The notes under the pieces were generated by a model. That model searched no databases. It was not told where the DNA came from and worked only from the letters and a program-made list of their open reading frames with translations. The position numbers were made by a program, and so were the translations under genes. DNA of 64,000 nt from an uncultured Alphaproteobacteria bacterium (lineage in GTDB: Bacteria > Pseudomonadota > Alphaproteobacteria > Rs-D84 > CACZYB01): NCBI GenBank assembly GCA_944390685.1, contig CALXQL010000005.1, positions 1,801 through 65,800 on the forward strand, read 5' to 3'. Shown in pieces: positions 19,772 through 30,077 of this stretch (position 1 is the stretch's first letter; each line of letters begins with the position of its first letter).

Positions 19772-20041
19772 ATGGCTAATCATAAATCTGCTAAAAAAAG
19801 AATATTAAGAAACGAAAAGAAAAGAATTGAAAACAAAAGTCGTATGTCAAAAATTCGCACTTTTGTGAAAAAAGTTTCTGAAATGATTTCCGGTAAAAAA
19901 GATAAAACCGAAATTCAAACTGCATTATCAAAAGCAAATAGCGAACTTGCAAAAGGCGTTAAAAAAGGTATAGTTTCCAAAAGAAAAATGGCAAGAACTA
20001 TGTCAAGATTTGCAAAAAAAATGAATGCAGAACAAAAATAA
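19772..20041 (+). CDS. rpsT: 30S ribosomal protein S20
   Basis: MANHKSAKKRI...SKIRTFVKK. Confidence 0.96.
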   Translation: MANHKSAKKRILRNEKKRIENKSRMSKIRTFVKKVSEMISGKKDKTEIQTALSKANSELAKGVKKGIVSKRKMARTMSRFAKKMNAEQK

Positions 20042-20055
20042 TATTCATTTTGATT

Positions 20056-20087
20056 AAAAAAAATCCCTCTTATTTGAGGGATTTTTT
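20056..20087. terminator. Bidirectional terminator between rpsT and the pilin gene
   Basis: aaaaaaatccctc-ttattt-gagggatttttt. Confidence 0.8.
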
Positions 20088-20094
20088 ATTACTT

Positions 20095-20592
20095 CTAATT
20101 TGCCATATTGGAACGTTTTAAGAAGAATGTTACTCTATTTGTTTCACCAGGTTTATTACATTCGGTAATACAATCATGAGGAACAGTACCATTTGTTCCT
20201 GTAGGATTTGGTGTATTATAGTATCCTTCACAATCACTTTGGAATTCACCCATACAGAAATAAATACAATCTTCTTTTGATAATTTTGATAAGGATACAT
20301 CAATACAACCACCAACATAAAAACTAACTGTTCCAATAGGTGTTTTTGTATTTACATTATTTTGTTGTAATTTTTGTTTTACTTCATTTGTATCGCCAGA
20401 TTTTCTTCCAAAATAAATAGCATTGATTTTATCGCGAATATTTTTAATTGTATCAATGGTTTCAATTCTTCTTATTTTATGTGAATAATCAGCATACATT
20501 TTAAAACTTGTTCCGGATATTGCCCCAATCAATGCAATATAAAGAAGCACTTCTAACATTGAACGACCTAAATCAGATTTTTTAAATTTCAT
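20095..20592 (-). CDS. Type IV pilin-like protein
   Basis: Class III signal MKFKKSDLG|RSMLEVLLYIALIG with Glu at +5; hydrophobic helix; six Cys in the C-terminal head. Confidence 0.8.
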   Translation of the reverse strand: MKFKKSDLGRSMLEVLLYIALIGAISGTSFKMYADYSHKIRRIETIDTIKNIRDKINAIYFGRKSGDTNEVKQKLQQNNVNTKTPIGTVSFYVGGCIDVSLSKLSKEDCIYFCMGEFQSDCEGYYNTPNPTGTNGTVPHDCITECNKPGETNRVTFFLKRSNMAN

Positions 20593-20647
20593 AATAATCT
20601 CCTTTCACGAAAACATTATATACTAAAATAAAGATTAAGTAAATAAA

Positions 20648-20667
20648 AACCTCCCATTTGGGAGGTT
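20648..20667 (-). terminator. glyA terminator containing the CTCCCATTTGGGAG hairpin
   Basis: aacctccca-tt-tgggaggtt; A-run on the left gives a U-tract on the minus strand. Confidence 0.7.
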
Positions 20668-20670
20668 GAT

Positions 20671-21930
20671 TTAATATATAGGATATTTTTTACAAAGTTC
20701 CTTAACTTTTTGTTTTACCGATTTTATTACAGGAGATTCAAAATCTTTATTTTTAACAAAATCTTCTACAACCTCTGTAATGAAATCAGCCACCATAATT
20801 ACATCATTTTCTTTAAACCCTCTTGTTGTGATTGCAGGCACCCCAAGTCTTATACCAGAAGTGACACTAGGAGGATTTGGATCATTTGGAATACCATTTT
20901 TATTACATGTGATTCCAGCATTTTCCAAAGCAACATCACAATCCTTACCTGTAATACCCTTACTTCTTAAATCTACAAGTATAAGATGAGTATCGGTTCC
21001 CCCACTTACCAAATTGAAACCATTTTTTACTAATCTCTCACCTAAAACTTTTGCATTTTTAAGTATTTGAGAGGCGTATTCTTTCCAAGAAGGAGTAAGT
21101 ATTTCACCAAAAGCCACAGCTTTACCAGCTATTATATGTTCCAAAGGACCACCTTGAATTCCAGGGAAAACAGCCTTATCAATTTTCTTTGCAATTTCTT
21201 CATCATTAGTAAGAATCATACCACCGCGAGGACCTCTTAAAGTTTTATGTGTAGTGGTTGTTACAACATCAGCAATTCCAATTGGGGAAGGTATGACACC
21301 TCCTGCGACCAATCCTGCGAAATGAGCCATATCAACCATAAGATATGCACCAACTTTATTTGCAATGTCTTTAAATCTTTGAAAATCAATTAATCTAGGG
21401 TAGGCGGAGCCTCCTGCAATAATAAGTTTAGGTTGATTTTCAATTGCCAATTTTTCCACCATATCATAATCAATAAAGCCATCACTATTTACTCCATAAG
21501 CAATAGGTTTGAACCATTTCCCACTAATCGTAGGTTTTGCCCCATGAGTTAAATGTCCACCGGCATCAAGGCTCATACCCATAATAGTATCACCAGCATT
21601 TAATAAAGCGAATAATACAGCCGTATTTGCTTGTGCACCACTATGAGGTTGAACATTTACAAACTTTGCATTGAAGATTTGTTTTGCCCTTTCAATTGCA
21701 AGAGTTTCAATTTCATCAATAAATTTACATCCTTGATAATAACGTCTACCGCTATAACCTTCGGCATATTTATTGGTAAGAATAGAACCCATAGCTTCCA
21801 ATACAGCTTTTGAAACGATATTTTCAGATGCAATTAATTCAATTTGATATTGTTGTCTATCAAGTTCATTTTGAATTATATCATAAACTTTTTTATCGCT
21901 TTGAGCCAAAGAATCTTTAAAAAAATTCAT
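20671..21930 (-). CDS. glyA: Serine hydroxymethyltransferase
   Basis: [28 protein letters not shown]. Confidence 0.98.
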   Translation of the reverse strand: MNFFKDSLAQSDKKVYDIIQNELDRQQYQIELIASENIVSKAVLEAMGSILTNKYAEGYSGRRYYQGCKFIDEIETLAIERAKQIFNAKFVNVQPHSGAQANTAVLFALLNAGDTIMGMSLDAGGHLTHGAKPTISGKWFKPIAYGVNSDGFIDYDMVEKLAIENQPKLIIAGGSAYPRLIDFQRFKDIANKVGAYLMVDMAHFAGLVAGGVIPSPIGIADVVTTTTHKTLRGPRGGMILTNDEEIAKKIDKAVFPGIQGGPLEHIIAGKAVAFGEILTPSWKEYASQILKNAKVLGERLVKNGFNLVSGGTDTHLILVDLRSKGITGKDCDVALENAGITCNKNGIPNDPNPPSVTSGIRLGVPAITTRGFKENDVIMVADFITEVVEDFVKNKDFESPVIKSVKQKVKELCKKYPIY

Positions 21931-22060
21931 TCTCCACCTTCCTTTCGTATAAATTAAACATCAAAAAAATGATATAATTAAATATATCAATTTTCAAGTA
22001 TATTATTGACAATATAAAAAAAATATAGATAATTTAAGGATTACAAATAAAGGATATAAA

Positions 22061-22264
22061 ATGAGAAAAATAGAACAAAAAGATTTAGAACAAGGATTAA
22101 AAGATTATATGGCAATATCTTATCCAAATCAACAAATACAATATGAAAAAACATCTTCAACTTTAATAACCGCTATTGGTGATGGATTTAAAGTAGAAGC
22201 CCGTCCAACTATGAAAGGGACAGGTATAGAATTTACTAGGCTTACAAAACAAAATTCAAAATAA
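22061..22264 (+). CDS. Small orphan protein (67 aa)
   Basis: RBS aagga; upstream TTGACA; fills the glyA-rpiB gap. Confidence 0.65.
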   Translation: MRKIEQKDLEQGLKDYMAISYPNQQIQYEKTSSTLITAIGDGFKVEARPTMKGTGIEFTRLTKQNSK

Positions 22265-22267
22265 AAT

Positions 22268-22699
22268 TTAAGAAATTTTTGCAATTCGTCTTAAATGTCT
22301 TTCCTCATTTGAAAATTGAGCAGTTAAAAAAGCATTTAAGAAATCGAGATTTTCTTTATTTGAAAATGCCTTTGCACCCAATATTGCAACATTTGCATTA
22401 TTATGTTCTTTTGCAAGTTTTGCCTCTTCTGGACTATAAAGAAGTGCCCCACGAATATTTTTATATCTATTGATAGCCATACTCATTCCAAGTCCAGTTC
22501 CACAAATAAGTATTCCAATTTGATTTGGGTTTTCATTTAGATTTTCCGCTAATTTATTAGCAATATCGGGATAATCACAAGAATCATTTGAAAAGGTGCC
22601 AATATCATTGACATTATATCCTTTATCCATTAAATAATTTTTTAAAAATTCTTTTAATGAAAAACCGGCATGATCTGAACCAATAATTAAATTTTGCAT
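22268..22699 (-). CDS. rpiB: Ribose-5-phosphate isomerase B
   Basis: GSDHAG, DYPD, CGTGLG, EHNNANV, RHLRRI. Confidence 0.95.
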   Translation of the reverse strand: MQNLIIGSDHAGFSLKEFLKNYLMDKGYNVNDIGTFSNDSCDYPDIANKLAENLNENPNQIGILICGTGLGMSMAINRYKNIRGALLYSPEEAKLAKEHNNANVAILGAKAFSNKENLDFLNAFLTAQFSNEERHLRRIAKIS

Positions 22700-22719
22700 G
22701 AAATCCCTCCTTTATGATT

Positions 22720-23058
22720 TTAATCTCGTTTTTGTTTAAGATCCCCATTTATGAAAGCGCCATTTTCAATTGAAATATCCTTATGAAAAATATTACCATT
22801 TATTCTTGCAGAAGATCCCAAATAAACGGATATAGCATTTATATTACCTTCCACATTACCATATACAACTATTTTCTCAACATCAATAGAATTAGTTTTG
22901 ATTTTTCCATTTATGCCCACAATTAAAGTTTTGCAATTTATATCACCTTCAATTGTGCCATCAACATATAGTTCTGTATCGGATTTAACAAAACCTTTAA
23001 TATAAGTTGAACTACTGATTAAACTTGAAGGAGCAATTTTCTTTTTTATTCCAAACAT
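22720..23058 (-). CDS. Bactofilin (polymer-forming cytoskeletal protein)
   Basis: SLIS...IKG...LYVDGTIEGDI...VYGNVEGNI...ARINGNI...IENGAFING. Confidence 0.9.
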   Translation of the reverse strand: MFGIKKKIAPSSLISSSTYIKGFVKSDTELYVDGTIEGDINCKTLIVGINGKIKTNSIDVEKIVVYGNVEGNINAISVYLGSSARINGNIFHKDISIENGAFINGDLKQKRD

Positions 23059-23069
23059 AATACAATCCT

Positions 23070-24386
23070 TTATTTTTTATTAGTTTTAACAAAAGCATAA
23101 GGGTTCAAAGGTCTATTATTATATCTCAATTCATAATGTAAATGGACACCGGTGCTTCTTCCAGTAGAACCAGCCAAACCAACCTTTGTTCCCTCTTCAA
23201 TGATATCACCTTTTTCAACATTTACCTTACTTAAATGAGCATATAATGTAGTGAAGCCCAATCCATGATCCACTTCCACAGCTAAACCATAAGGACCACG
23301 CATACCGGCTTTAATTACTTTACCTGCGGAAGTAGCATATAAAGGAGTTCCCATTTTTCCACCGAAATCAATACCAGTATGCATTGCCGGAGTATTATTA
23401 AAAGGATCTTCCCTTACACCAAACGGAGAAGTAATTCTTATCCTAGTTTTAATAGGAGCCCCCAAAGGAAGCATATTTTTTGCCTTATCCAAACCTTCCC
23501 AAAGGTTGACTTTTATATTGGCATTTTTGAATTTTTCTTTTAACTCTTCTTCATTTAAAGATATTTCAGTTGTAAGAGGAGTATATTTCTCACCAAATTC
23601 ACTACCACTTTCTTTTTTAACTTTTTGAATGAGTTTTTTTCTATCCTTTAAATTTACTTGGGAAAGAACAGAATCAACTTTTGAAATTGTGGATTCTAAA
23701 TTTTTGATATTATTATCGGCAAGAGAAATTACTTTATCCAAAAGGTTATTTTGTAAATCTCGCATAGTGCTTAACGAAGTTTCAAGTAAATTATTTCTAT
23801 TTTTAAGGTTAATATTTTCATTTAAGACAACGTTTTTTTCTAATTCAGTTTTTGCATTTTTATAATATATATTAGATATATTCATATTATCCCAAGAAAT
23901 TTCATCAATTAAATTATTAAGAGATGAATTTACATAACGAAGTTCAGTTGAAAGAAGCAATTGATTTTTAATTAAGTTATCCTTTTCCTCTTTGGTAATT
24001 GTATTATTGGAATGAAGTAATGTAATAATATTTTTTTGTGAATTTTCAATTTTTTTGTTAATTTCTGCGATGGTATCGCGATAAACCTTCATATCAATAA
24101 TTGATTTATTAAACTTATCTTTTGCAAGTTGCACTTGATTATTTTTTTCATCTAATAAATCATAATTTAGTAAATAAATTTTTGTTGTAAAAAAAATCCA
24201 ATATAAAATGAATAATGTAAATACAAATAATATTGATTGTAATAAAGGGGAAATATGATAAAAATTTAATTTACCATTTTTATTTGTAATGAAAACCCTT
24301 TTTTTAAAAATTTTATGAAAAATCAAAGACAAATATTCAAAAAATGTTTTTTTTGAAGGATCTTTTTTTAAAATAATTTTTTTCAC
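23070..24386 (-). CDS. Membrane-anchored coiled-coil M23 peptidase
   Basis: HTGIDF, TLYAHL, GRSTGVHLHYE; N-terminal TM helix plus long coiled coil. Confidence 0.9.
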   Translation of the reverse strand: MKKIILKKDPSKKTFFEYLSLIFHKIFKKRVFITNKNGKLNFYHISPLLQSILFVFTLFILYWIFFTTKIYLLNYDLLDEKNNQVQLAKDKFNKSIIDMKVYRDTIAEINKKIENSQKNIITLLHSNNTITKEEKDNLIKNQLLLSTELRYVNSSLNNLIDEISWDNMNISNIYYKNAKTELEKNVVLNENINLKNRNNLLETSLSTMRDLQNNLLDKVISLADNNIKNLESTISKVDSVLSQVNLKDRKKLIQKVKKESGSEFGEKYTPLTTEISLNEEELKEKFKNANIKVNLWEGLDKAKNMLPLGAPIKTRIRITSPFGVREDPFNNTPAMHTGIDFGGKMGTPLYATSAGKVIKAGMRGPYGLAVEVDHGLGFTTLYAHLSKVNVEKGDIIEEGTKVGLAGSTGRSTGVHLHYELRYNNRPLNPYAFVKTNKK

Positions 24387-24449
24387 TTCTAACTCCTTAA
24401 TAAAAAAATTATATTTTATAAGATATATAAAAACAAGTAATTTATTTTA

Positions 24450-25379
24450 CTATTGCACAGATTTTTTATCGGGATAAAAAGTAAACACAATATTTTTCCA
24501 ATCTTGATAATATTCAACAGGAAGATTATAAGGACTACATACAATCAATGCACGTCTTGCGCTTTCTGCAACAGCCTTAAACCAAGGAGAAGACTTATAT
24601 TCATCGGTATTAAGTATGTCAATATCACTTATATTCCCATCTGGTGCAAGAGTAGTTTTAATGACTATTTTCATATTTTGAATATCCTTTGCCCCTGGAT
24701 CAATATTCCAACAAGAACGAAGTTTTATTCTTATTGCATCTACATATGAAACGGAAAGTTGCTTTCGTAAATAATCTGCGGTTGCATTTGGTTGGTAAGA
24801 AGAGTTTTGCTTATCATCATCAACAGAAAGTGATTGAATACCTTTTTTCACCTCTACTACTTTTTCCTCTTTAATTTTATCAACGGATGCCAATAATTCC
24901 TTTACAGAGGAATTGACTTCCTCTTTTTTCTCTTGAACTTTTTCATCTTTTTTAGGAGGTTCTTTTTCTTCCTTTGAAGTGATTAAAGTATCTTTTTCAG
25001 TTTTGATTTCTTCTTCAATAACTTCTTCTTTAACTTCTGTTTTTTCTGTTTTAGGGGTAGGGGATATATTGCTATCTTTTGAATTATCCTTTTTTTCTTC
25101 TACAATTTTGGTATCATTATTTGCTTTAACCTCATCTTTTTTAGGAGGAGGAGGGAGTATAGTTTCCTTTGCCACTATGACATTATCCAAATCAACTATG
25201 ATAGGTTCATCATATTCAAAAGATGAAATAATTTTTTTTGAAAAATTTATATGAGGACTTACCATAATTAAAATTAAAAAGAATATATGAGCAATAAAAG
25301 AAATCAATAACCCATCTTTTAAAAGAGGAGGTATGAAATTAAAAGCATCAATATTTGTGAAAACAAAATGCTTTTTCAT
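24450..25379 (-). CDS. tolA: TolA / TonB C-terminal domain protein
   Basis: SFIAH TM motif, K/E-rich linker, IRIKLRSCWNI...AESARRAL..C.P; follows tolQR. Confidence 0.85.
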   Translation of the reverse strand: MKKHFVFTNIDAFNFIPPLLKDGLLISFIAHIFFLILIMVSPHINFSKKIISSFEYDEPIIVDLDNVIVAKETILPPPPKKDEVKANNDTKIVEEKKDNSKDSNISPTPKTEKTEVKEEVIEEEIKTEKDTLITSKEEKEPPKKDEKVQEKKEEVNSSVKELLASVDKIKEEKVVEVKKGIQSLSVDDDKQNSSYQPNATADYLRKQLSVSYVDAIRIKLRSCWNIDPGAKDIQNMKIVIKTTLAPDGNISDIDILNTDEYKSSPWFKAVAESARRALIVCSPYNLPVEYYQDWKNIVFTFYPDKKSVQ

Positions 25380-25382
25380 AAG

Positions 25383-25811
25383 CTACTTATCCTTTTTATT
25401 TTGTATCATAGGGTCGGTTTTAAGACCAACTTTTTTAAATCCAGCTGATTTTAATTCACCCATCACTTCAATGACTTTACCATATTGAGCCTTTGTATCG
25501 CCACTTATGACAATTGACATAGAAGGATTTTGTTTTAACATAGATTTTAATTTAGTTTTTAATTTAGATTTTGAAATTTTTTCCTTACCAATGAAGATAT
25601 TACCGCTTTTATCAATTGAAATATCAACGGCTTTTTCTGCATCTTGAATGGCGGTTTTGGCTCCTTTTGGTAAATCAATGCTCATACCAGTTGTAAGCAT
25701 AGGAGCAGTTACCATGAATACGGACATCAGGATAGACATCACATCAATCATAGAAGTCAAATTTATTTCTGGTTTATTATGTCCATATTTTTTATACTTT
25801 TTAACAAACAT
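25383..25811 (-). CDS. tolR: TolR
   Basis: EINLTSMIDVM...FMVTAP; GDTKAQYGKVIEVM. Confidence 0.9.
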   Translation of the reverse strand: MFVKKYKKYGHNKPEINLTSMIDVMSILMSVFMVTAPMLTTGMSIDLPKGAKTAIQDAEKAVDISIDKSGNIFIGKEKISKSKLKTKLKSMLKQNPSMSIVISGDTKAQYGKVIEVMGELKSAGFKKVGLKTDPMIQNKKDK

Positions 25812-25820
25812 TTAAACCTC

Positions 25821-26519
25821 TTAATTATTTATATTTTCATCAATTTGACGTGAAATAATTGCGGTAAATTCACCTGCAAAACCTTCAATTTTCATAGAAT
25901 ATTTAGCTAAATCTGTTGTGATTTTATTATATCCAATAACTGCTGGTATAGCTACAATTAACCCTAATGCAGTAGTGGATAAAGCCGTAGCGATTCCAGG
26001 TGCAATAACTCCCAAAGTAGTGCTTTGAGAAGAACCTATTGCAGAGAAACTGGACATGATACCCCAAATTGTTCCAAACAAACCAACCAAAGGAGCAATA
26101 CTACCAATCATGGAAAGAAAATCAATTCTATCTTCCAATTTACCCATTTCCTTTTCAATGGTGATAGTCATGACTCTATCAATTCTTTGATGAAGATTTG
26201 CGGTTTTAGGAGCATTATTTTTAGCCCTTAACAAAGAAGAAGATTTTTTCCATTCTTTCATTGCGGAAATGAAAACCAATGACATAGGGTCATTTGCCTT
26301 TGATTTTAATGAATTAAATAATTCATCAAGAGATCCACCGCTCCAAAACTTTCTTTCAAAAATTTCAGCGGATAGTTTAATTTTTTTTAACATAAAAGTT
26401 TTTTCAATAATGATTGCCCATGAATAAATTGAAGCAAATACCATTAAAATGGAAACAAGTCTTGTCATCAAATCTGATTCGGTAAACAAGCTAAATAAAG
26501 AAAAAGTAGATGGTTCCAT
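25821..26519 (-). CDS. tolQ: TolQ
   Basis: ASIYSWAII, PLVGLFGTIWGIM, APGIATAL. Confidence 0.92.
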   Translation of the reverse strand: MEPSTFSLFSLFTESDLMTRLVSILMVFASIYSWAIIIEKTFMLKKIKLSAEIFERKFWSGGSLDELFNSLKSKANDPMSLVFISAMKEWKKSSSLLRAKNNAPKTANLHQRIDRVMTITIEKEMGKLEDRIDFLSMIGSIAPLVGLFGTIWGIMSSFSAIGSSQSTTLGVIAPGIATALSTTALGLIVAIPAVIGYNKITTDLAKYSMKIEGFAGEFTAIISRQIDENINN

Positions 26520-26628
26520 AATAAACTCCTTTTAATTATAATAATATAAAAATATTACCTTTTTTTATGATAAAAACAAGCAAAAAATTCATATATTGAA
26601 ACTATATAAAATCATAAAATAGTTCATC

Positions 26629-29600
26629 TTAAAAATAAAAAGAAATATTATTTATACTTTTAAAAAATTCAAGATTTTCAGTTGTAATATTATATTTATC
26701 ACGAAGAGGCACCACCACTTTTTTCCCATCAATAAAAACATTAAAGGATACATGTGTATATCCTGGTCCAATAGTATTTAATACCTTTTTAAGGGCGGAT
26801 ACAGCATCAACATCCTTTACATCAATATTCAAAGTTCCATTAAGTTGAGTATTAAGAGAAATTATTTCCGCACCATTACCAAAAAATGATAATCTTCCAT
26901 CACTATATTTAGTATCACAAGAAATAATAACAGGTTTGCCACTCTCTAAATTTTCCTTTGTTTTAAGGTTATTCATACCCTTTTCAAAAAATAATATTTC
27001 CATTAGTCCATATTTATCACTCAAAGACACAATGAAAAATTTCTTACCAGATTTAGAAATTCTTGATTTTATACTATCTACAATCCCAGCCACGGCGATT
27101 TTTTTATCTTCTTTAATTTCATTTGCCTCAATTGAATTCAAAGCATGCATAGATTTTAATACATTTTCATATGTATCAAGAGGATGAGCAGATACATAAA
27201 AACCAATTACTTCATGTTCAAACTTCATTCTTTCCAAAGGATTCCAATCAATTTCTTCGGCAAGTTTTATATCATCTCTTTTCACATTTATTTCATTGAA
27301 TGCAAATAAACTAGATTGGTTAACTTCTTTATCTTTGTTAATAGATATAATTTGAGATAATATATATGATACATTTTTAAACAATTTAGCTCTATTAGGA
27401 TCCAATTCATCAAAAGCGCCAGCCTTTATAAGATTTTCTAAAACTCTTCTATTTAAAATTTTAGGGTCAATTCGTTCAATAAAATCGGTGATATTTTTAA
27501 ATGGACCATTTTTTTCTCTTTCTGCGACAATATCTTTTACGGCACCGACACCCACACCTTTTATACCAGCCATAGCATAACGAATATCACCATTTTCAAC
27601 GGAAAAATATTCAAAAGATTTATTTATATCTGGACGTAAAATTTTTATACCCATTTTTTTAATATTATCAGCAAAGAAAGACAATTTATCCACATCAGCC
27701 ATATCATAAGTCATGGATACAGCCATAAATTCAGCGGGATAATTTGCTTTTAAATAAGCGGTTTGATATGAAATCCAAGCATAACAAACAGCATGAGATT
27801 TATTGAAACCATAATTTGCAAATTTTTCCATTAAATCAAAGATTTTCATGGACGTTTCTTCATCAATGTTATTAGTTTTAAGACAACCTTCTTTAAAAAT
27901 TTGCCTTTGCCTAATCATCTCAGCTTTAATTTTCTTACCCATTGCACGACGAAGTAAATCAGCCCCACCTAAACTATATCCGGCAAGAGATTTTCCCATT
28001 TCCATCACTTGCTCTTGATAAACCATGATACCATAAGTTTCTTTTAAAATAGGTTCCATAAGAGGATGTAAATATTCCACTTCTGCACCGAATTTTCTTG
28101 CAATATATGTAGGTATATTATCCATAGGACCTGGACGATACAAAGCAACCAAAGCGACCAAATCTTCAATTTTATCAGGCTTCATGTTTAAAATAACATC
28201 TTGCATACCTTTTGATTCAAGTTGGAACACACCGGCTGTATTTGCGACTTTTAATAATTCATAAGTTTTAGGATCATCAATAGGGATATTGGCAATATCT
28301 ACTTTAACATTGAAATCCTTTAATACCATATCACAAGTCTTTTTGATAATAGTTAATGTTTTAAGCCCCAAAAAGTCGTATTTAATAAGCCCAGTTTCCT
28401 CAACAAATTTCATATTATATTGAGTCGCAGGAATATCTGATTTTTCATCTTTATAAAGGGCCACCAATTCATCAATTGGTCTATCTCCAATCACTACACC
28501 CGCAGCATGAGTTCCAACATTTCTAAAAAGCCCTTCTAATTGTAAAGCGATATTTATAAGCGCTTTTAATACATCATCATTATCAATAGCCTGTGCAAAA
28601 TCAGGTTGATATTTTATTACATTTGATATAGTAACGGCTACATCTTTACCTGTTTCATTATCAATAATTTTAAAAGGAATGAGTTTACATAAATCATCAC
28701 ATTTTGTATAAGGAATGCGAAGCACTCTACCAACATCTTTTATAACGGCTTTTGCCTGTAATTTACCGAAAGTAATTATTTGCCCAACGCTATCATATCC
28801 ATATTTTTCTTGAATATAATTGATGACTTCCCCACGTCTATCCTGACAAAAATCAATATCAAAATCCGGCATATTGACACGTTCAGGATTTAAGAATCTT
28901 TCAAAAAGTAAGTTAAATCGCAAAGGATTTAAATCTGTAATTTTCATACTCCAAGCCACAATAGAACCCGCACCACTACCACGACCTGGACCAACAGGTA
29001 TATCATTTTTTTTCGCCCAGCCTATAAAGTCCGCCACTATTAAAAAATATCCGGAAAAGCCCATTTGAATTATGATACCTAATTCATATTCCAATCTATC
29101 ATAATAAGGTTTTTGTTCTTCTTGTGTTAAAATATTTGCTTTTTCAAGTCGTTCTTTTAAGCCATCTAAAGCCTTTTGCCTTAATAAAGTAGGTTCATCA
29201 GCACCTTTTTCCACATGAGGAAGCAAAGGTTTAGATTTTTTTACCTTAAAAGCACATCGTTTAGCAATTAAAATTGTATTTTCAATAGCCTCTGGTAAAT
29301 CGGAAAAAAGTTCTACCATTTCATCGGGAGATTTAAAATAATGTTCTTCTGTTTCATGACGTCTATTTGTTTCATCTACATATTTACCATCTGTTATACA
29401 AAGCAAAACATCATGAGCTTGATACATATCCTTATTTGTGAAATAACATTCATTTGTTGCAACAATAGGGATATTATGTTTATATGCAAGGTTTAAGAAA
29501 TCATCTTCTGTTCTTATTTCTGAAGATAAATTATGTCGTTGAATTTCAATATAAAACCTATCTTTAAAAATATCCAAAAGCTCCAAACATTTTTTTTCAG

Positions 29601-30066
29601 CCAAATCTTTATTTTCAATTAGTAAAGCTTGTCCTATAACACCTTTAACCCCACCGGAAAGAGCAATTAACCCTTCACTATGTTCTTTTAAATCTTCAAG
29701 TTTTATATTAGGAGCCTGTTCAGGTAATTTTTTAATATAAGCATGTGAAATAAGTTTTATAAGATTTTTATAACCTATTTCATTTTGCACAAGTAATATG
29801 AGTTGAGGATATTTTTCATCAAGTATTATTTCATTTGGTATAGAAAAATCTACTGCTATTTGAGTTCCCAAAATAGGTTGAATTCCACCTTCGGCAATAT
29901 ATTTTGAAAATTCTGCACCACCAAAAATATTATTTGTATCAGTGATAGCCACAGCCGGCATTTTAAATTCTTGACACAAAGAAACTAATTGAGGTATACG
30001 TAAAGCTCCTTCTGCAAGGGAATAAGCAGTATGATTCCTAAGATGCACAAAAGGAGCATAAGACAT
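26629..30066 (-). CDS. dnaE: DNA polymerase III alpha subunit
   Basis: FVHLRNHTAYSL, GPGRGSGAGS, MPDFDIDF, YGFNKSHA. Confidence 0.98.
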   Translation of the reverse strand: MSYAPFVHLRNHTAYSLAEGALRIPQLVSLCQEFKMPAVAITDTNNIFGGAEFSKYIAEGGIQPILGTQIAVDFSIPNEIILDEKYPQLILLVQNEIGYKNLIKLISHAYIKKLPEQAPNIKLEDLKEHSEGLIALSGGVKGVIGQALLIENKDLAEKKCLELLDIFKDRFYIEIQRHNLSSEIRTEDDFLNLAYKHNIPIVATNECYFTNKDMYQAHDVLLCITDGKYVDETNRRHETEEHYFKSPDEMVELFSDLPEAIENTILIAKRCAFKVKKSKPLLPHVEKGADEPTLLRQKALDGLKERLEKANILTQEEQKPYYDRLEYELGIIIQMGFSGYFLIVADFIGWAKKNDIPVGPGRGSGAGSIVAWSMKITDLNPLRFNLLFERFLNPERVNMPDFDIDFCQDRRGEVINYIQEKYGYDSVGQIITFGKLQAKAVIKDVGRVLRIPYTKCDDLCKLIPFKIIDNETGKDVAVTISNVIKYQPDFAQAIDNDDVLKALINIALQLEGLFRNVGTHAAGVVIGDRPIDELVALYKDEKSDIPATQYNMKFVEETGLIKYDFLGLKTLTIIKKTCDMVLKDFNVKVDIANIPIDDPKTYELLKVANTAGVFQLESKGMQDVILNMKPDKIEDLVALVALYRPGPMDNIPTYIARKFGAEVEYLHPLMEPILKETYGIMVYQEQVMEMGKSLAGYSLGGADLLRRAMGKKIKAEMIRQRQIFKEGCLKTNNIDEETSMKIFDLMEKFANYGFNKSHAVCYAWISYQTAYLKANYPAEFMAVSMTYDMADVDKLSFFADNIKKMGIKILRPDINKSFEYFSVENGDIRYAMAGIKGVGVGAVKDIVAEREKNGPFKNITDFIERIDPKILNRRVLENLIKAGAFDELDPNRAKLFKNVSYILSQIISINKDKEVNQSSLFAFNEINVKRDDIKLAEEIDWNPLERMKFEHEVIGFYVSAHPLDTYENVLKSMHALNSIEANEIKEDKKIAVAGIVDSIKSRISKSGKKFFIVSLSDKYGLMEILFFEKGMNNLKTKENLESGKPVIISCDTKYSDGRLSFFGNGAEIISLNTQLNGTLNIDVKDVDAVSALKKVLNTIGPGYTHVSFNVFIDGKKVVVPLRDKYNITTENLEFFKSINNISFYF

Positions 30067-30077
30067 AAACGCAACCT

